A stretch of 64,000 nt of DNA from an uncultured candidate division Zixibacteria bacterium (GTDB lineage: Bacteria; Zixibacteria; MSB-5A5; GN15; FEB-12): positions 672,001 through 736,000 of the forward strand of contig CAVTJJ010000003.1 in assembly GCA_963735035.1 (NCBI GenBank), in the 5' to 3' direction. The first letter of the stretch is position 1, and each line of letters starts with the position of its first letter. Under the pieces are notes generated by a model, which was not told the DNA's origin, did no database searches, and worked only from the letters and a program-made list of their open reading frames with translations. Positions 21,110-31,914 of the stretch are shown here, in pieces. The position numbers and the translations under genes were made by a program.

Positions 21110-22832
21110 TCAGAATCGTCGGGTCAACATGAGACGACCGGCCGCCTCGTTGAATTGTGAGGCCTTGGCCCCGCCGCGATTGTGGGTCGATTCCATTTCC
21201 GCGGAAAGTGTCAAGTCGCGGCCGAGAGGATAAGCGAACCTGAGGCTCGGACGAATGGTAGTATTTACGTTGCCGACCGCCACCGCTACCGTTGCTGACG
21301 ACGTCAGCTTCCCGTTGAGCCCGAGATGTCTCGCCGACGCCGAGTAGTTCTGCGTAAATGTTCGCTTACCGGTGCCAATCTGGGTGCTCATCAACCCGGC
21401 CGTAGCCACGGTTTCGAGATTTCGACTTATCGCAATTGTCCCACTCGAAGTGGCCGAGTGCGACTCAAGATCGGAGCTTTGACGAAGCGGGTTCTGATCT
21501 CCCGAAGTCTGAAAGGTGTAGTCGAACGAAAGACTTCTCAATCCGAAACTGCGGTTGAACGAGAAATAGTGGCCTGTGCGCAGCACCCAGCTCGAGAAAT
21601 CGACTCGTCGCACATTCTCCGAAGCATCATTGCTTACTCCGGTGAATATGATTCCCAGCGTGGCGTTCCAGCGAGGACGCAGACGGTGGCTGACCATCGC
21701 GCTCAACCGGGTGCGGTCGGTCGTACTTGATTTCTGGTCAATCAGATTGTCGCTCTGAAGGGCACCGTCGATCTTTACCATGCCTCCCCGATGTCTCGCC
21801 ATGACACCGACCGTGACCTCGCGTTTGTCGGCAATCATCGAGGCGAGTCCAAGCGAAATATATCCGGGGCCGATATAGTGATATCCCGCGCTCACGGTTA
21901 CTTTAGAAATGTCCATACTAATGTCAGTGGTATAAGCATAATCCGCCCGAGTACTCACCCGGGGCGTAAAGATCTTCTTCAGCGATTCCGGGATGTCGGA
22001 GCTTTCCGGTTCAGCGGAACGGCGGTCCCGCGTCAGCGCGCTCACCCCGGCTTCATTGCGCCACCGAAACTTCCTCTTGAACAGCGCCAGATTCGTGACT
22101 GCCGAAACAACCAGATTCTCCTGTGGTGTGACCGACACCGGGTTCTGCTCGGCATCCGAAAACAACGTGTCAGTCACCGACACCGTATCGTGCACATCGG
22201 CAATCGATGACAGCTTGTCCTTGGCGCTGACGAAGTACAGATCGAACCCGGTCCCCCCCTCGCGACCCACGCCGAGCCGCCCTCCGGTGATCTGACGTTC
22301 GTAGGTTCGATTATTGTCCGTGCTGGATACCGACCGTCGCGTCAAACCGGTAATGAACGTTACTTTCATCGCACCCGGCGTCAACAACACCCCGCCCCCT
22401 CGTACCTGCACGCCCCCCATCGTCAGCGGCGTCAAGGCTCTCGCTAAAGTCGCCCAGGTGCGCCTGTCCCCAACGCCACTTGGGATTGAAATCGAGTTGA
22501 TTTATCTGCTGACGCGCCGAATTTCCTTCGGTGGATAACATCACATTGAAATTGGCCGACATGCTGTTCCAGGCGGTCAGGGTCGAGCGAAGATACAGCC
22601 GTCCGGTGCTCTTGGGGCGACGAGCCTCGATACCGGACATGCTGTACAGCTCGCCGAATGTACCAAGCTCACCCTTCAATACGAAAGCCCTGCTCGATCC
22701 GGTCGAACTCGACGACTCCGATTGTGCATTGTCAGACGTCTGAGCCTGAGCGCCCGCCAGGACAGGCATAAAACAAGGCAGGACGATCAGGGCGAGTAGT
22801 ATGAAACGAATATATCGCTTGTGGCAAGCCAT
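21110..22832 (-). CDS. Outer-membrane beta-barrel protein, apparent +1 frameshift near 22436
   Basis: ORFs 22311-22841 and 21110-22435 join (HLGDFSES-LTPLTMGG) if one base is removed; signal peptide, alternating beta-strand pattern, C-terminal Phe. Confidence 0.7.
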
Positions 22833-22847
22833 GCAGAGCATCCTCGG

Positions 22848-24920
22848 TTAGTCGTACAAGAATGAGACCTCAGCACTCCGGTCGCTTTCAGCGCCGGACT
22901 GATCGACACACGAAACCGAATAGTAATACCGCTCGCCCGCCTTGGCGGAGGCATCGCGATATTCCGTCACGCCCATTGGGACAATCGTCGGTGTAACCGA
23001 CGCGGCGGCATCCTGCTCACCGTGGCGATAGACCCGGTACCCGGCAACCGAAGACTGGTACGTCTTATCCCAATATATTTTGAGCGCCGTTCCCTCGCGG
23101 GTGACTCGTACTCCCCCGGGTGGAAGGGGCACAGCCTCAAAGGCAAAGATGCGAACATTGTGTGACCAGGCCCCAGCGACCTGAGACGTGTTAATCGACT
23201 GGATTCGATACTGATAGGCCGTGCCTTTGCGTACTGTGCTGTCGGTGAACTCACCAGCTTCCCGTCCCAGCGGAACGGTCGTGATCTTTTCCCATTTGAG
23301 ACTGTCACCGTCGAGGGCGCGATAGACATTGTACCCTGAAATCATATTGTCATCAAGGCGCGCCCAAAACAGCCTGGCGCCTGAAACATCGTAGTAACCA
23401 AAGAACGAAGCTGGTGCGCCGGTGGCTTCCTGCTTTTCCGGAGCGGTCGCGGCCGGAAGCGAATATTGACTCGTAATACCCGTGTAGTTGATCGCTTGCG
23501 CCAGATACCAGTATTGACCCCGGGACGACAGATATGCGCTCGTATCGAGATATTCGGTTGTGTCCCTGCCGATCAGCGGCGAGACCTGACTCAACTCGCC
23601 GTTATAGCTGTCGGCGCGAAAGACATAGTATCCTTGGACGTCTACCTCATCGGACTTCACCCACTGTACCCGGATGCCGTTCGTGCGGGACTCCACTTTC
23701 ACGCCCTGCGGCGGAACAGGCGGGAGATAGTTCCCAAACAGCGACACCGAGCGGGGCGATTTCTCCGATTCATTTCCCGCCCGGTCAATCGCGGTCACCC
23801 GATAGAAGTACCGGTCGCTCAGGGTCGTGGACTTATCCTCGTAGTATCCGGTGTCGGCTGGGAGTATCACCGCATTCAAACGCACATAATTGCTGTCGGC
23901 GTCCAGACTTCGATACAGGTTATAACCCGCTACATCGGCGGCTGCAACTTTGTCCCAGGTTACTGTGATTCCGAGATCCGACGGATTCGCAAAGACATTC
24001 TGAGGAATAGGCGGGGCGACTATGTCGGCGCGATTCCAAATCAACTGCGGCGTGCGCGGGCTTTCGTTTCCGGCGAAGTCGACTGAAACCACTGAATAGT
24101 AATAGGTGCGACCCACCTGAGCCGTCGTGTCGATGAACGTCCCGTGCTCCGTCGATCCGCTCTCGTCCGGAAGATATGCCAGTGGCGAACGGTTCAGGCA
24201 TAGATATGCGCCGTTCGAATCGGGGCAACGATACACGGAATAGGTCAGAGCTCCAGAGTCGGCCGGATTTGCGTCCCAAGTAATTTCTATTCCGTTGTCT
24301 TTCGACTTGCCGCCGACCTCGATCGGGCCCACCAGCGGCAGCGACGGGACACCGAAAGTCGCCTGCTGCGGTTCGCTCGGCGCTGATTCCCTTCCGTTCG
24401 CATCCACCATGGTCGCCCGGTATTGATACGTCTTGCCGCGTTCTAGTTTGTTGTCCCAGACGAGCAGCCCAATCGCCTTGCGGAAGTTCTTGCTCAGCAG
24501 AGTCAGCGCCAGGACACTTGAATCGTTATGTTCGATACGTTGCCACAATTCCAGTTTCGAATTGAGCCCGGCGAACTTCTCGAATCCGTCGATAGATCCG
24601 CCCATGGCTTGTTCCAACTCAGCCAACGTGCCAGGACGTGAAATCGGCGCGGAGGTAACTCGAACAAATCCAGTGTCGCCCTGAACCCGACGATAGATAT
24701 GATACCCCACCCAACCGCCGTTATCGGCGGCGCTGTTCGGATGAAGCGTCGGTCCGCCTATGACCAGCAGCATCCCGTTCGGTCCGGACAGGGGAACGAC
24801 CACGAACGACGCCTCAACTTGCGCCAGGCACGGTGCAGCAAGACAGAGCGACGCCAGCACGAGAATCAGCAGCAGTCCAACCGTGGGCCGCGAGAGTGTG
24901 ATCTGATATTGGTAACTCAT
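22848..24920 (-). CDS. Secreted fibronectin type III repeat protein
   Basis: Signal peptide; about six repeats of W...GY(N/H)(I/V)YR...Y(E/L)D...YxYxV...GxES. Confidence 0.88.
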   Translation of the reverse strand: MSYQYQITLSRPTVGLLLILVLASLCLAAPCLAQVEASFVVVPLSGPNGMLLVIGGPTLHPNSAADNGGWVGYHIYRRVQGDTGFVRVTSAPISRPGTLAELEQAMGGSIDGFEKFAGLNSKLELWQRIEHNDSSVLALTLLSKNFRKAIGLLVWDNKLERGKTYQYRATMVDANGRESAPSEPQQATFGVPSLPLVGPIEVGGKSKDNGIEITWDANPADSGALTYSVYRCPDSNGAYLCLNRSPLAYLPDESGSTEHGTFIDTTAQVGRTYYYSVVSVDFAGNESPRTPQLIWNRADIVAPPIPQNVFANPSDLGITVTWDKVAAADVAGYNLYRSLDADSNYVRLNAVILPADTGYYEDKSTTLSDRYFYRVTAIDRAGNESEKSPRSVSLFGNYLPPVPPQGVKVESRTNGIRVQWVKSDEVDVQGYYVFRADSYNGELSQVSPLIGRDTTEYLDTSAYLSSRGQYWYLAQAINYTGITSQYSLPAATAPEKQEATGAPASFFGYYDVSGARLFWARLDDNMISGYNVYRALDGDSLKWEKITTVPLGREAGEFTDSTVRKGTAYQYRIQSINTSQVAGAWSHNVRIFAFEAVPLPPGGVRVTREGTALKIYWDKTYQSSVAGYRVYRHGEQDAAASVTPTIVPMGVTEYRDASAKAGERYYYSVSCVDQSGAESDRSAEVSFLYD

Positions 24921-24947
24921 CTCAATCATCCTCATTTCCGATTCCCG

Positions 24948-27900
24948 TTAGAAACTGACATCGACGTTCAAGCCGCGCTTGTTGCTGTACTCGACCGCTG
25001 CGTTCATACCGATACATCCCTTGGCGCCGGTCGGTAGCGCAAACACACAGGCGCCGAATATGCGGCAGTAGCATTTCCAGCAGATCGACCAGCAGCCCGC
25101 GTTGGGACATGAGCCGATCGTGCCTTCGAGACTGAAGCTGCCGTTCGCCCCGGCTGCGACTTCGTCATCGCGAACTGTCACGTTCGCCCCGAGAGCAAAC
25201 CGACCGCGCGCCTCGATCAGGTCGAGCGAGAATAGGCCGAGATCGAAGCCGATCCAGGCATAGGCGCTACCCGACATTTGGATCGACCCTGTCACCCCGT
25301 GGTTCCAGTCGATATCGAGTTTCGCGCGCTGCTCCAGATTCAGACCGAACTTGATGACATACCAGTTGGCGTTGTAACCAAACGAACTGCCCACTTCGAT
25401 ATAGATGCCGGTCATTAAACGGGTCTGGCCGTTGTATTGCCATTCCCAGTTGTTGGCGATGACGATTATGCCATCGGCCTTGATAATCTCAATTACGTTG
25501 AGATTGGCCCGGCCGTAGATGTACCAGTAGCGGCCGAACTGAACGCCCAGATCAAGCTGTGCCGATGCCTTCGCCGCCTTGAAGTCCATGGCGAAGACGA
25601 TCGAGCCGGTGACTCTCTCTTCCGGTATGTTGATTTCGAATGTGGCGCGACCGACATTCATGTCGCCGCCCACCTGGACGTTGGCATTGCCCAGGATGAT
25701 GACACCTTTGGGCGTCTTCTGGACTTCAACCAGGATGTCGAGCTTGATCCCCTTGTCCGCCTTGGCCGGCGCTACAATGCCACCGAGGCTGAACTTCCAC
25801 GTATCATCCTTGCGCCCGATGCCACCCGAGGCCTGGACAATTTCAGCCGGACCGATCGGGATTCTCGTGCCCGAGATGATCCGCACCCACCAGTCGGTCG
25901 AGCCACCATAGCGGAACTCCGCTCCAGCGCTGAAGACCGGCCTTACCGCCAACAGCCCCTTCCCCTCGAATACACCGTCGGCGTACGAAACGCGAATGTC
26001 CACACTGGCGGGACCCGCCACGAAACCGAGTGCTATCTCGCGGAACGTTACCGCTCCGTCGAAATAGAATCTTAGGTCGCTCGCCTGCACGTTCAGACCG
26101 TTGATGGCGCCGAACTTCACCCCGCCTGTCAAGCCGATAAACTGTTCCGTCCGGGACGAATCGTAACCGAGCTCAATTGACTCAAGTGTGAGGGTGACTA
26201 CATTCTTGAATGATACCGACTGATTGAACTCCAGCTTGCCGGTGAACCTGCCCTTTTCGGAGTAGCGAAGCTTCATCCCCACCGGCTTGTCGAGAGCGGT
26301 AACTGTGAGCTTGCCCGCGAAGGCGAAATACTTGGTGTGCTCGAGCGTCGTCGACTCGAAGTTCTCAGTGCCAAACTCGAGCGACTCGATCTGGAATTTC
26401 TGGCCGTGGACGTTAATCGTGCCGTTCTTTTCGTCGGCTGTGAGCGTCAGACTGAGGAACTCGCCCTCGGGAGAGATACGCAGATCCTTGAAACCGTACT
26501 CCCGGTTGTCCAGCGCGTTGAGCACGATTGCACCGCTCGCCCGGAACCCGGTCGCCTCCCAGCTCATCGAGCTGTCGACAACAGTAAAGACGCCGAATGG
26601 GATCTTGATCGCGGGCTCAGTCTTGAGGGTGACCGACTTAAGCGTGATCTCGCCGTCGGTGTCGCGACCGATCAGCATCTCCTCAAAACCAACCTTGAAC
26701 TTGGAGCCGAACTCGATTGATCCGAACAGATGCAGGCCGGCCGTATCAACACAACTCTTCGTGTAATCCAGGCCGAGCTTCACCGACTTGATCTGGACCT
26801 GGACTTCCTTGTTGGTCACCGTGATGCCGTACTTGCTCAGGCCACGGTTGACACCACCCGCCCAGAACGACGGCGCATACGACTTCGGAATCTTGAAATC
26901 TATGAACTTCGTCTCGGGAAGGATCTTCGAGATCGGGTCTTTGATCGTCACATCACCGCAGATGCGCCCGGCCTTGACCGAATCCACCCATTCCAGTCGC
27001 AGACCGCCGTCGAACGACATGGAGCCTTCGACCCCAAAGATGTTGATATCAACGGAGGACGTTGTCAGCTTGACCGTATCCGACACCGGACGATAATTTG
27101 ACCCCACTTCCAGGGCGGCGAAATTGAGCGACGTGCCCGGATTCTTCAGTTGGACGCCAAATGTGGCCGGAACATCGATCAGCGCTCCCCAGGCTTTGTT
27201 CTTTCCGTCCGATCCCGCTTGTATCGAATCGAGTGCCACTGCGAAACCGAAGAGCGAATCCATCGGCGACGGTTCCATTTCGATCGCCAGCCCGGTGACC
27301 TTCGCCCCCGCTTCGATACGCTTATCGTGTTTGAGTCGCGCCGTCTTAAACCCGGCTTTACGTGCTATCAGAGTGACCGACTCGCCGGTCGGGACGTTGC
27401 GAAGTTTGAAGACACCATTCAGATCGGTGGTCGCGGTTACTTTATCGTTGCCTTCAATCGTAATCGCTACTTTTTCAATCGGGAGGCCGCCCTCCTTCGC
27501 CTTGACCGTTCCCTCGATCCGCGCCGCCGGCGCCAACTCCACAATCACCGGCGCAGCGTTCAATCCCGGGTAAACGGTCACCTGGGACTCGACCGCCTCA
27601 TAGTCCTGAGCGTAGCTGTCATCCGACGGAGGCATCACCTTGAGCTTTTGCTGCCCGGTCGGAGCCTCGTCAAAATAGGCCACGCCGTCCGCATCGGTGG
27701 TAACCGGGACCGTGTCACCCAGTGTGACCTTCATGTCCTTCAGCCGCTTATCCGCGCTGCCCTTCTCTACGACCCGCACGAACACCTGCCCGATACTTCG
27801 AGCAATGGTCACGGATACCTTCAGCGTATCATTGGCGGTAACTACGACCGTCGTGTCGAGATCGGCGTAACCCAATTTGCGCAACTGCAGATGCACGCTG

Positions 27901-30647
27901 TCGGCAATCGCATCCGAGATCTGCAGCAAGCCATCTTTATTGGTGAAGCCGATAAGCGACGGTATCTCCGGCGATTTGACGCAAACGTCGCTGACACCCT
28001 TCTTATCCTTGTTCGTAACATTCAGCGAGATGAATCCCTTGGCGGCGCTGAGTTCCTCGTCGCGCTGGAACCGGTCACCGTAGTTGACGGCGAACTCCCC
28101 AGTGATTAGAGTAGCGCATCCGGTCTTGGAGAACTTAATGCGATAGACACCGGGCATGAGATTCGCGAAACTGTAGGCGCCGTCGCCCCCCGATTCCATC
28201 CATCCCGCACTGAGATTCCAGGCGGTCCGTCCGTCCGGAAGGGAGTCGATGCGATTCAACTGAACCCGCACACCGCTGAGCTGAGTGCCGGCGGAACTGG
28301 TTACGCGTCCAAAGATAATACCGCCTACCCGGGTCAGTCCGAAATTGACCGTATCAACTTCGTTCTCGGCGTCGATCCGATCCCCCTTTGTAGCCGAGCC
28401 GTAACCCTGGGCCTCGACCCAGACCAAATATCGCTCGGTTACTTGTTCGGGATCATTGATCGGAACATTCGCCAGAGCATAGTTGCCGGTCTGATCGGTC
28501 TGATACATATCGAGCGGCTCGCCGGCCGGCTTCTGATTGGCGGTATTACCCCAGGTCGTATCGACTACCGGAGCCGATCCTCCGCCCGCCGATTCACCCT
28601 CGCCGGAACCGAGCGAGCTCTTCGAATTGCCGGAGCCTCCACCGGACCCCTGATTGCCACTCCGCTGCCGTCGCGTGGCCGGATAGAGATAAACGCTCGC
28701 CCCCTCGACCGGCAGACTGTCGCACAACACACGGCCTACTATACTCCCCGCCTTCGGCTGCAGTAGATGCTCACCCGTATCAGTGGTCTCTCCCGCCGCG
28801 AGCGTAATCGACTCGGGTGACGTATACGGTCTGTAGCGAGCGTCGTTTACAACAATCTTATAGGAATAGCTGAGCGGCGCGGAAGTTGTTACCAGCATCG
28901 GGAGTCTGGCGTTCCCCACATTCATGTACTGGACTTTTACAGTTGCCGCTTTTTCCTGGCTGATCCCCAGAAGGCGGAAGAGTCCACCTCCGTCAGTGTA
29001 CGCGGTCTGTTGGCAGTCGACCGTGATCTCCTGTTGGACCGATCCAACGGTTGCACCCCATAGCTTGGTGGTGATCTGAACCGTTGCGGTGCGCGACAAC
29101 TGCACCAGCGCCCGAGGCACCGGCTTGTAGGTTCCCGCCACGATCGACTTGACCACACCGGTGATAACGCCGGCATTTGGCTTGATCAGGAAGATGTACT
29201 GGTCGATATCTCCCTGTTGGCGCTGATCCGGTCCGATGTCCACCGCCGGGAGATACGACGGCGATTTCTCGGCGCGCAGACTGAAATACGACGAATCCGC
29301 CGCCTGCAGGAATTCGAAACGACCCTCCGCGTCGGTTGTGGCAACCAGCACCTTGCGAGCGACCTCGACATATTGGAACTGGGCGCCGCCGGATGAATCC
29401 GACGTGCGCACTACGTCGACCGCATGGTAAGTCACCGGCGCGTTGGCTACCGGCTCATTACTGAAGAAATCTTTCAACACACCCGCGAGGCGACGGGTCC
29501 CCGGCGAAGCATAGGCAAGACGAACGGTCTTGTTTCTGACATCGCCGTCTTGATACTGCTCCCGCCCGCTCAGAAGCAGGGTGGTGTAATCCTTCCGGCT
29601 GATTTCGAGCGTGTAGAAGCTCTTGTTATAGGCGGAGTCGATTCGGAATGCCCCGGTCGGCCCGGTATAACAAACCGTTGAATCTTCGCCCGCCGTCCAG
29701 GTCGTATCTCCGGCGCTGATGCTTCGAGAGATAGGACGATACACCAGTCGTGCGGAATCCAGCGGGCGGCCGTTTTCGGCGTCAAGCACCTGTCCGGCCA
29801 GCGTGCGAAGTTCCACCGGTGTTGTTGTATCGGCGTCAAACCGGAATGACCAGATCTCACTGCGACCGTCATTGGTCGACGGCGGGTACCCCTTAGAATC
29901 CAATACCTGCACCTGCCAGGCGTACGTGCGATCCTTTACGAATGCCTGAGCATAAATCGGATACTGCAGGCTGGGGTTGCCAATATTCTTGTCTTCAAAT
30001 TGTGGCACATCGGCGGCCAGCGCCTGTGCGGCCGTCTGTCCGGGCAAGACCTCGGCCATCCGAAGATTGTAGTGCACTCCGAAACCTGCTGGAACTTGCA
30101 CCGGCGTCCACTGAAACACCGGAAACTTGCTTAGGACCGCCTCGCCATCGGTGGGATATACCAGATAGGGCGGATCGGGATAGACAATCGTGAATTCAGC
30201 ACACTTGTTGTCGGCCAGGATCGTTCCGTTCTCATCCTCGATCCGAAGACAAGCTTGATAGGTTCCTTCGGGCAGACGTCCCGTGCGAATTGCTATATCT
30301 TCAATGTCGTTGTTGTACTCAATCGAGGGGTCATCGATGATATCGCGGGTCGTGATATTGGACGACGGTCCCGGCGGAAAGTCGAGCATTTTGCTGTTGG
30401 CGCTGGCAATCTGCTGACTTCCTCGGCTGACTGTAAGGTATATGCGCACATGGACCGTATCAGCCAACGGGTTCACAATTAGGGCCTGACCAATACCGGC
30501 GTTGTTCTCCCAATCCGTGAGATATGGCGACGGGTAAGGATCGAATATGAGCGTGGCTTCCCAGCCCCCTTGGGCCAACGTGGAAGACGCTATAAGAAAT
30601 ATGAGCAGGCACAGAAAGAGTGCGCGCAACCTGCCAGCATTACTCAT
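24948..30647 (-). CDS. Giant secreted protein (1899 aa): TANFOR-like N-terminus, carboxypeptidase-regulatory/Cna-B-like repeats, long beta-rich C-terminal region
   Basis: Signal peptide; PYPSPYL...LPEGTYQAC...PPYLVYPTDG...FQWTP...YAWQVQV...GRSEIWSF; repeated GxV...GAxV...TDxxGxF; AGGAG RBS. Confidence 0.8.
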   Translation of the reverse strand: MSNAGRLRALFLCLLIFLIASSTLAQGGWEATLIFDPYPSPYLTDWENNAGIGQALIVNPLADTVHVRIYLTVSRGSQQIASANSKMLDFPPGPSSNITTRDIIDDPSIEYNNDIEDIAIRTGRLPEGTYQACLRIEDENGTILADNKCAEFTIVYPDPPYLVYPTDGEAVLSKFPVFQWTPVQVPAGFGVHYNLRMAEVLPGQTAAQALAADVPQFEDKNIGNPSLQYPIYAQAFVKDRTYAWQVQVLDSKGYPPSTNDGRSEIWSFRFDADTTTPVELRTLAGQVLDAENGRPLDSARLVYRPISRSISAGDTTWTAGEDSTVCYTGPTGAFRIDSAYNKSFYTLEISRKDYTTLLLSGREQYQDGDVRNKTVRLAYASPGTRRLAGVLKDFFSNEPVANAPVTYHAVDVVRTSDSSGGAQFQYVEVARKVLVATTDAEGRFEFLQAADSSYFSLRAEKSPSYLPAVDIGPDQRQQGDIDQYIFLIKPNAGVITGVVKSIVAGTYKPVPRALVQLSRTATVQITTKLWGATVGSVQQEITVDCQQTAYTDGGGLFRLLGISQEKAATVKVQYMNVGNARLPMLVTTSAPLSYSYKIVVNDARYRPYTSPESITLAAGETTDTGEHLLQPKAGSIVGRVLCDSLPVEGASVYLYPATRRQRSGNQGSGGGSGNSKSSLGSGEGESAGGGSAPVVDTTWGNTANQKPAGEPLDMYQTDQTGNYALANVPINDPEQVTERYLVWVEAQGYGSATKGDRIDAENEVDTVNFGLTRVGGIIFGRVTSSAGTQLSGVRVQLNRIDSLPDGRTAWNLSAGWMESGGDGAYSFANLMPGVYRIKFSKTGCATLITGEFAVNYGDRFQRDEELSAAKGFISLNVTNKDKKGVSDVCVKSPEIPSLIGFTNKDGLLQISDAIADSVHLQLRKLGYADLDTTVVVTANDTLKVSVTIARSIGQVFVRVVEKGSADKRLKDMKVTLGDTVPVTTDADGVAYFDEAPTGQQKLKVMPPSDDSYAQDYEAVESQVTVYPGLNAAPVIVELAPAARIEGTVKAKEGGLPIEKVAITIEGNDKVTATTDLNGVFKLRNVPTGESVTLIARKAGFKTARLKHDKRIEAGAKVTGLAIEMEPSPMDSLFGFAVALDSIQAGSDGKNKAWGALIDVPATFGVQLKNPGTSLNFAALEVGSNYRPVSDTVKLTTSSVDINIFGVEGSMSFDGGLRLEWVDSVKAGRICGDVTIKDPISKILPETKFIDFKIPKSYAPSFWAGGVNRGLSKYGITVTNKEVQVQIKSVKLGLDYTKSCVDTAGLHLFGSIEFGSKFKVGFEEMLIGRDTDGEITLKSVTLKTEPAIKIPFGVFTVVDSSMSWEATGFRASGAIVLNALDNREYGFKDLRISPEGEFLSLTLTADEKNGTINVHGQKFQIESLEFGTENFESTTLEHTKYFAFAGKLTVTALDKPVGMKLRYSEKGRFTGKLEFNQSVSFKNVVTLTLESIELGYDSSRTEQFIGLTGGVKFGAINGLNVQASDLRFYFDGAVTFREIALGFVAGPASVDIRVSYADGVFEGKGLLAVRPVFSAGAEFRYGGSTDWWVRIISGTRIPIGPAEIVQASGGIGRKDDTWKFSLGGIVAPAKADKGIKLDILVEVQKTPKGVIILGNANVQVGGDMNVGRATFEINIPEERVTGSIVFAMDFKAAKASAQLDLGVQFGRYWYIYGRANLNVIEIIKADGIIVIANNWEWQYNGQTRLMTGIYIEVGSSFGYNANWYVIKFGLNLEQRAKLDIDWNHGVTGSIQMSGSAYAWIGFDLGLFSLDLIEARGRFALGANVTVRDDEVAAGANGSFSLEGTIGSCPNAGCWSICWKCYCRIFGACVFALPTGAKGCIGMNAAVEYSNKRGLNVDVSF

Positions 30648-30840
30648 GACCGGTACTCCTTTCGCAGGGCCGATCAGTCTGATTTCAGAAAGCTTGGCGG
30701 AGATCGGGCCTGGGAAGCAGAATCTGTTATGTCATGGATAATATTGGCAACTAACTCAATGCAGTCAATAATAATACAGTGGATGATACTATGCGAAGGT
30801 TGTGCCAATTATGGGAAGACCGGGGTAAAGGACTCTCTCA

Positions 30841-30948
30841 AGTGCCCGGCAGATGCCCACATCTGCCGGCTCGTATTGATGCCGTCGAATTGAGATTTCC
30901 ACGCTACGCTGTCCCGCCTGTTGGTGGGCCATCTCCGCTCGCGATGAC
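30841..30948 (-). repeat. ~115-bp dispersed palindromic repeat, copy B (slightly shortened)
   Basis: AGTGCCCGG...CACATCTGCCGGCTCGTATTGATG...GGGCCATCTCCGCTCGCGATGAC; same orientation as copy C. Confidence 0.85.
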
Positions 30949-30983
30949 GATTGGACAGGCTTTTAGCAGACACACAACAAAAG

Positions 30984-31014
30984 AGGCCAGGGAAGCGGTG
31001 ACTTACCCTGGCCT
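30984..31014 (-). terminator. Intrinsic terminator of the XRE/Sel1 operon
   Basis: AGGCCAGGG...CCCTGGCCT stem with a CTTTTGTT tail on the minus strand. Confidence 0.65.
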
Positions 31015-31042
31015 TTGCCTCTCGACTATGATAGCCGAACTA

Positions 31043-31876
31043 CTATTTCTTCGCTTTGGCTTGCCATTCCGCAATCAACGGCTCGGCCTGTTTGAGTTGT
31101 TCCTTGGTCAGTTTCTTGCCCAGTTCTACGCATCTCTCCGAATAGGCCTGTTTCTGCTCCAGATTCCAGAAACGGTCTAGCGATGCCGAGTAGAGAGCAT
31201 ATGCCAGAACACTGTCCAGCGGCACGCCCCTGCCGTCGAGATAGCAGTGGCCAAGTCCCCAGATACAATCGGCATCGCCCAGTTCGGCCCCTTTGCGGAA
31301 CCACTTTATCGCCTCTGAATTATCCTGCTCAATTCCCATACCCAAGGAATTCATCATAGCCAGGTGTTGGACGGCCTCCGTATGATTTTGTTCGGCCGCC
31401 AGCCGATACCATTTCATTGCTTCGACCGGATCGGCCTTCACACCGCCCGGGATTCTTTCGCCGGCCTCATATACTAGCCCCACGCTAAACTGACAGTCAG
31501 CGTTTCCCTTTTCCGCGCCGGTTTTCCAATAGTCTATGGCTCGTGGTAAATCCTCCTTGACGCCAGCGGTGTTTGCATAAATGAACCCCAGGTCATACCA
31601 AGCCTGAGTCTTGCCGGCATCTGCGGCCTTTTGCAGCCAATGCAATGCTTCCGTCGCGCCAGAATCAGTGCCCTGTTCGGGAATCAGTTTTTCCCCGAGT
31701 TGAAGCATGGCGTCGGCATTGCCGCCGTTCGCCAGCGTCTTCACTTGCTCCATCGACATGGCCGAGTCGATAACCGGTGAATCATCTGCGGCGGTCGCGA
31801 CTGCCACCAGACTCAACACCAGCGATACGGCCAGTGCGGTTCTCCTGATTCGCGATCCTGTCCGTTTCATAATCAT
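31043..31876 (-). CDS. Secreted Sel1-repeat protein
   Basis: Signal peptide; repeats of A..W(Y/F)..AA..G...A...LG..Y..G.G. Confidence 0.92.
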   Translation of the reverse strand: MIMKRTGSRIRRTALAVSLVLSLVAVATAADDSPVIDSAMSMEQVKTLANGGNADAMLQLGEKLIPEQGTDSGATEALHWLQKAADAGKTQAWYDLGFIYANTAGVKEDLPRAIDYWKTGAEKGNADCQFSVGLVYEAGERIPGGVKADPVEAMKWYRLAAEQNHTEAVQHLAMMNSLGMGIEQDNSEAIKWFRKGAELGDADCIWGLGHCYLDGRGVPLDSVLAYALYSASLDRFWNLEQKQAYSERCVELGKKLTKEQLKQAEPLIAEWQAKAKK

Positions 31877-31914
31877 CGCTCCTTCCTATGAGTAGATATG
31901 TATTCCGAGTAATC

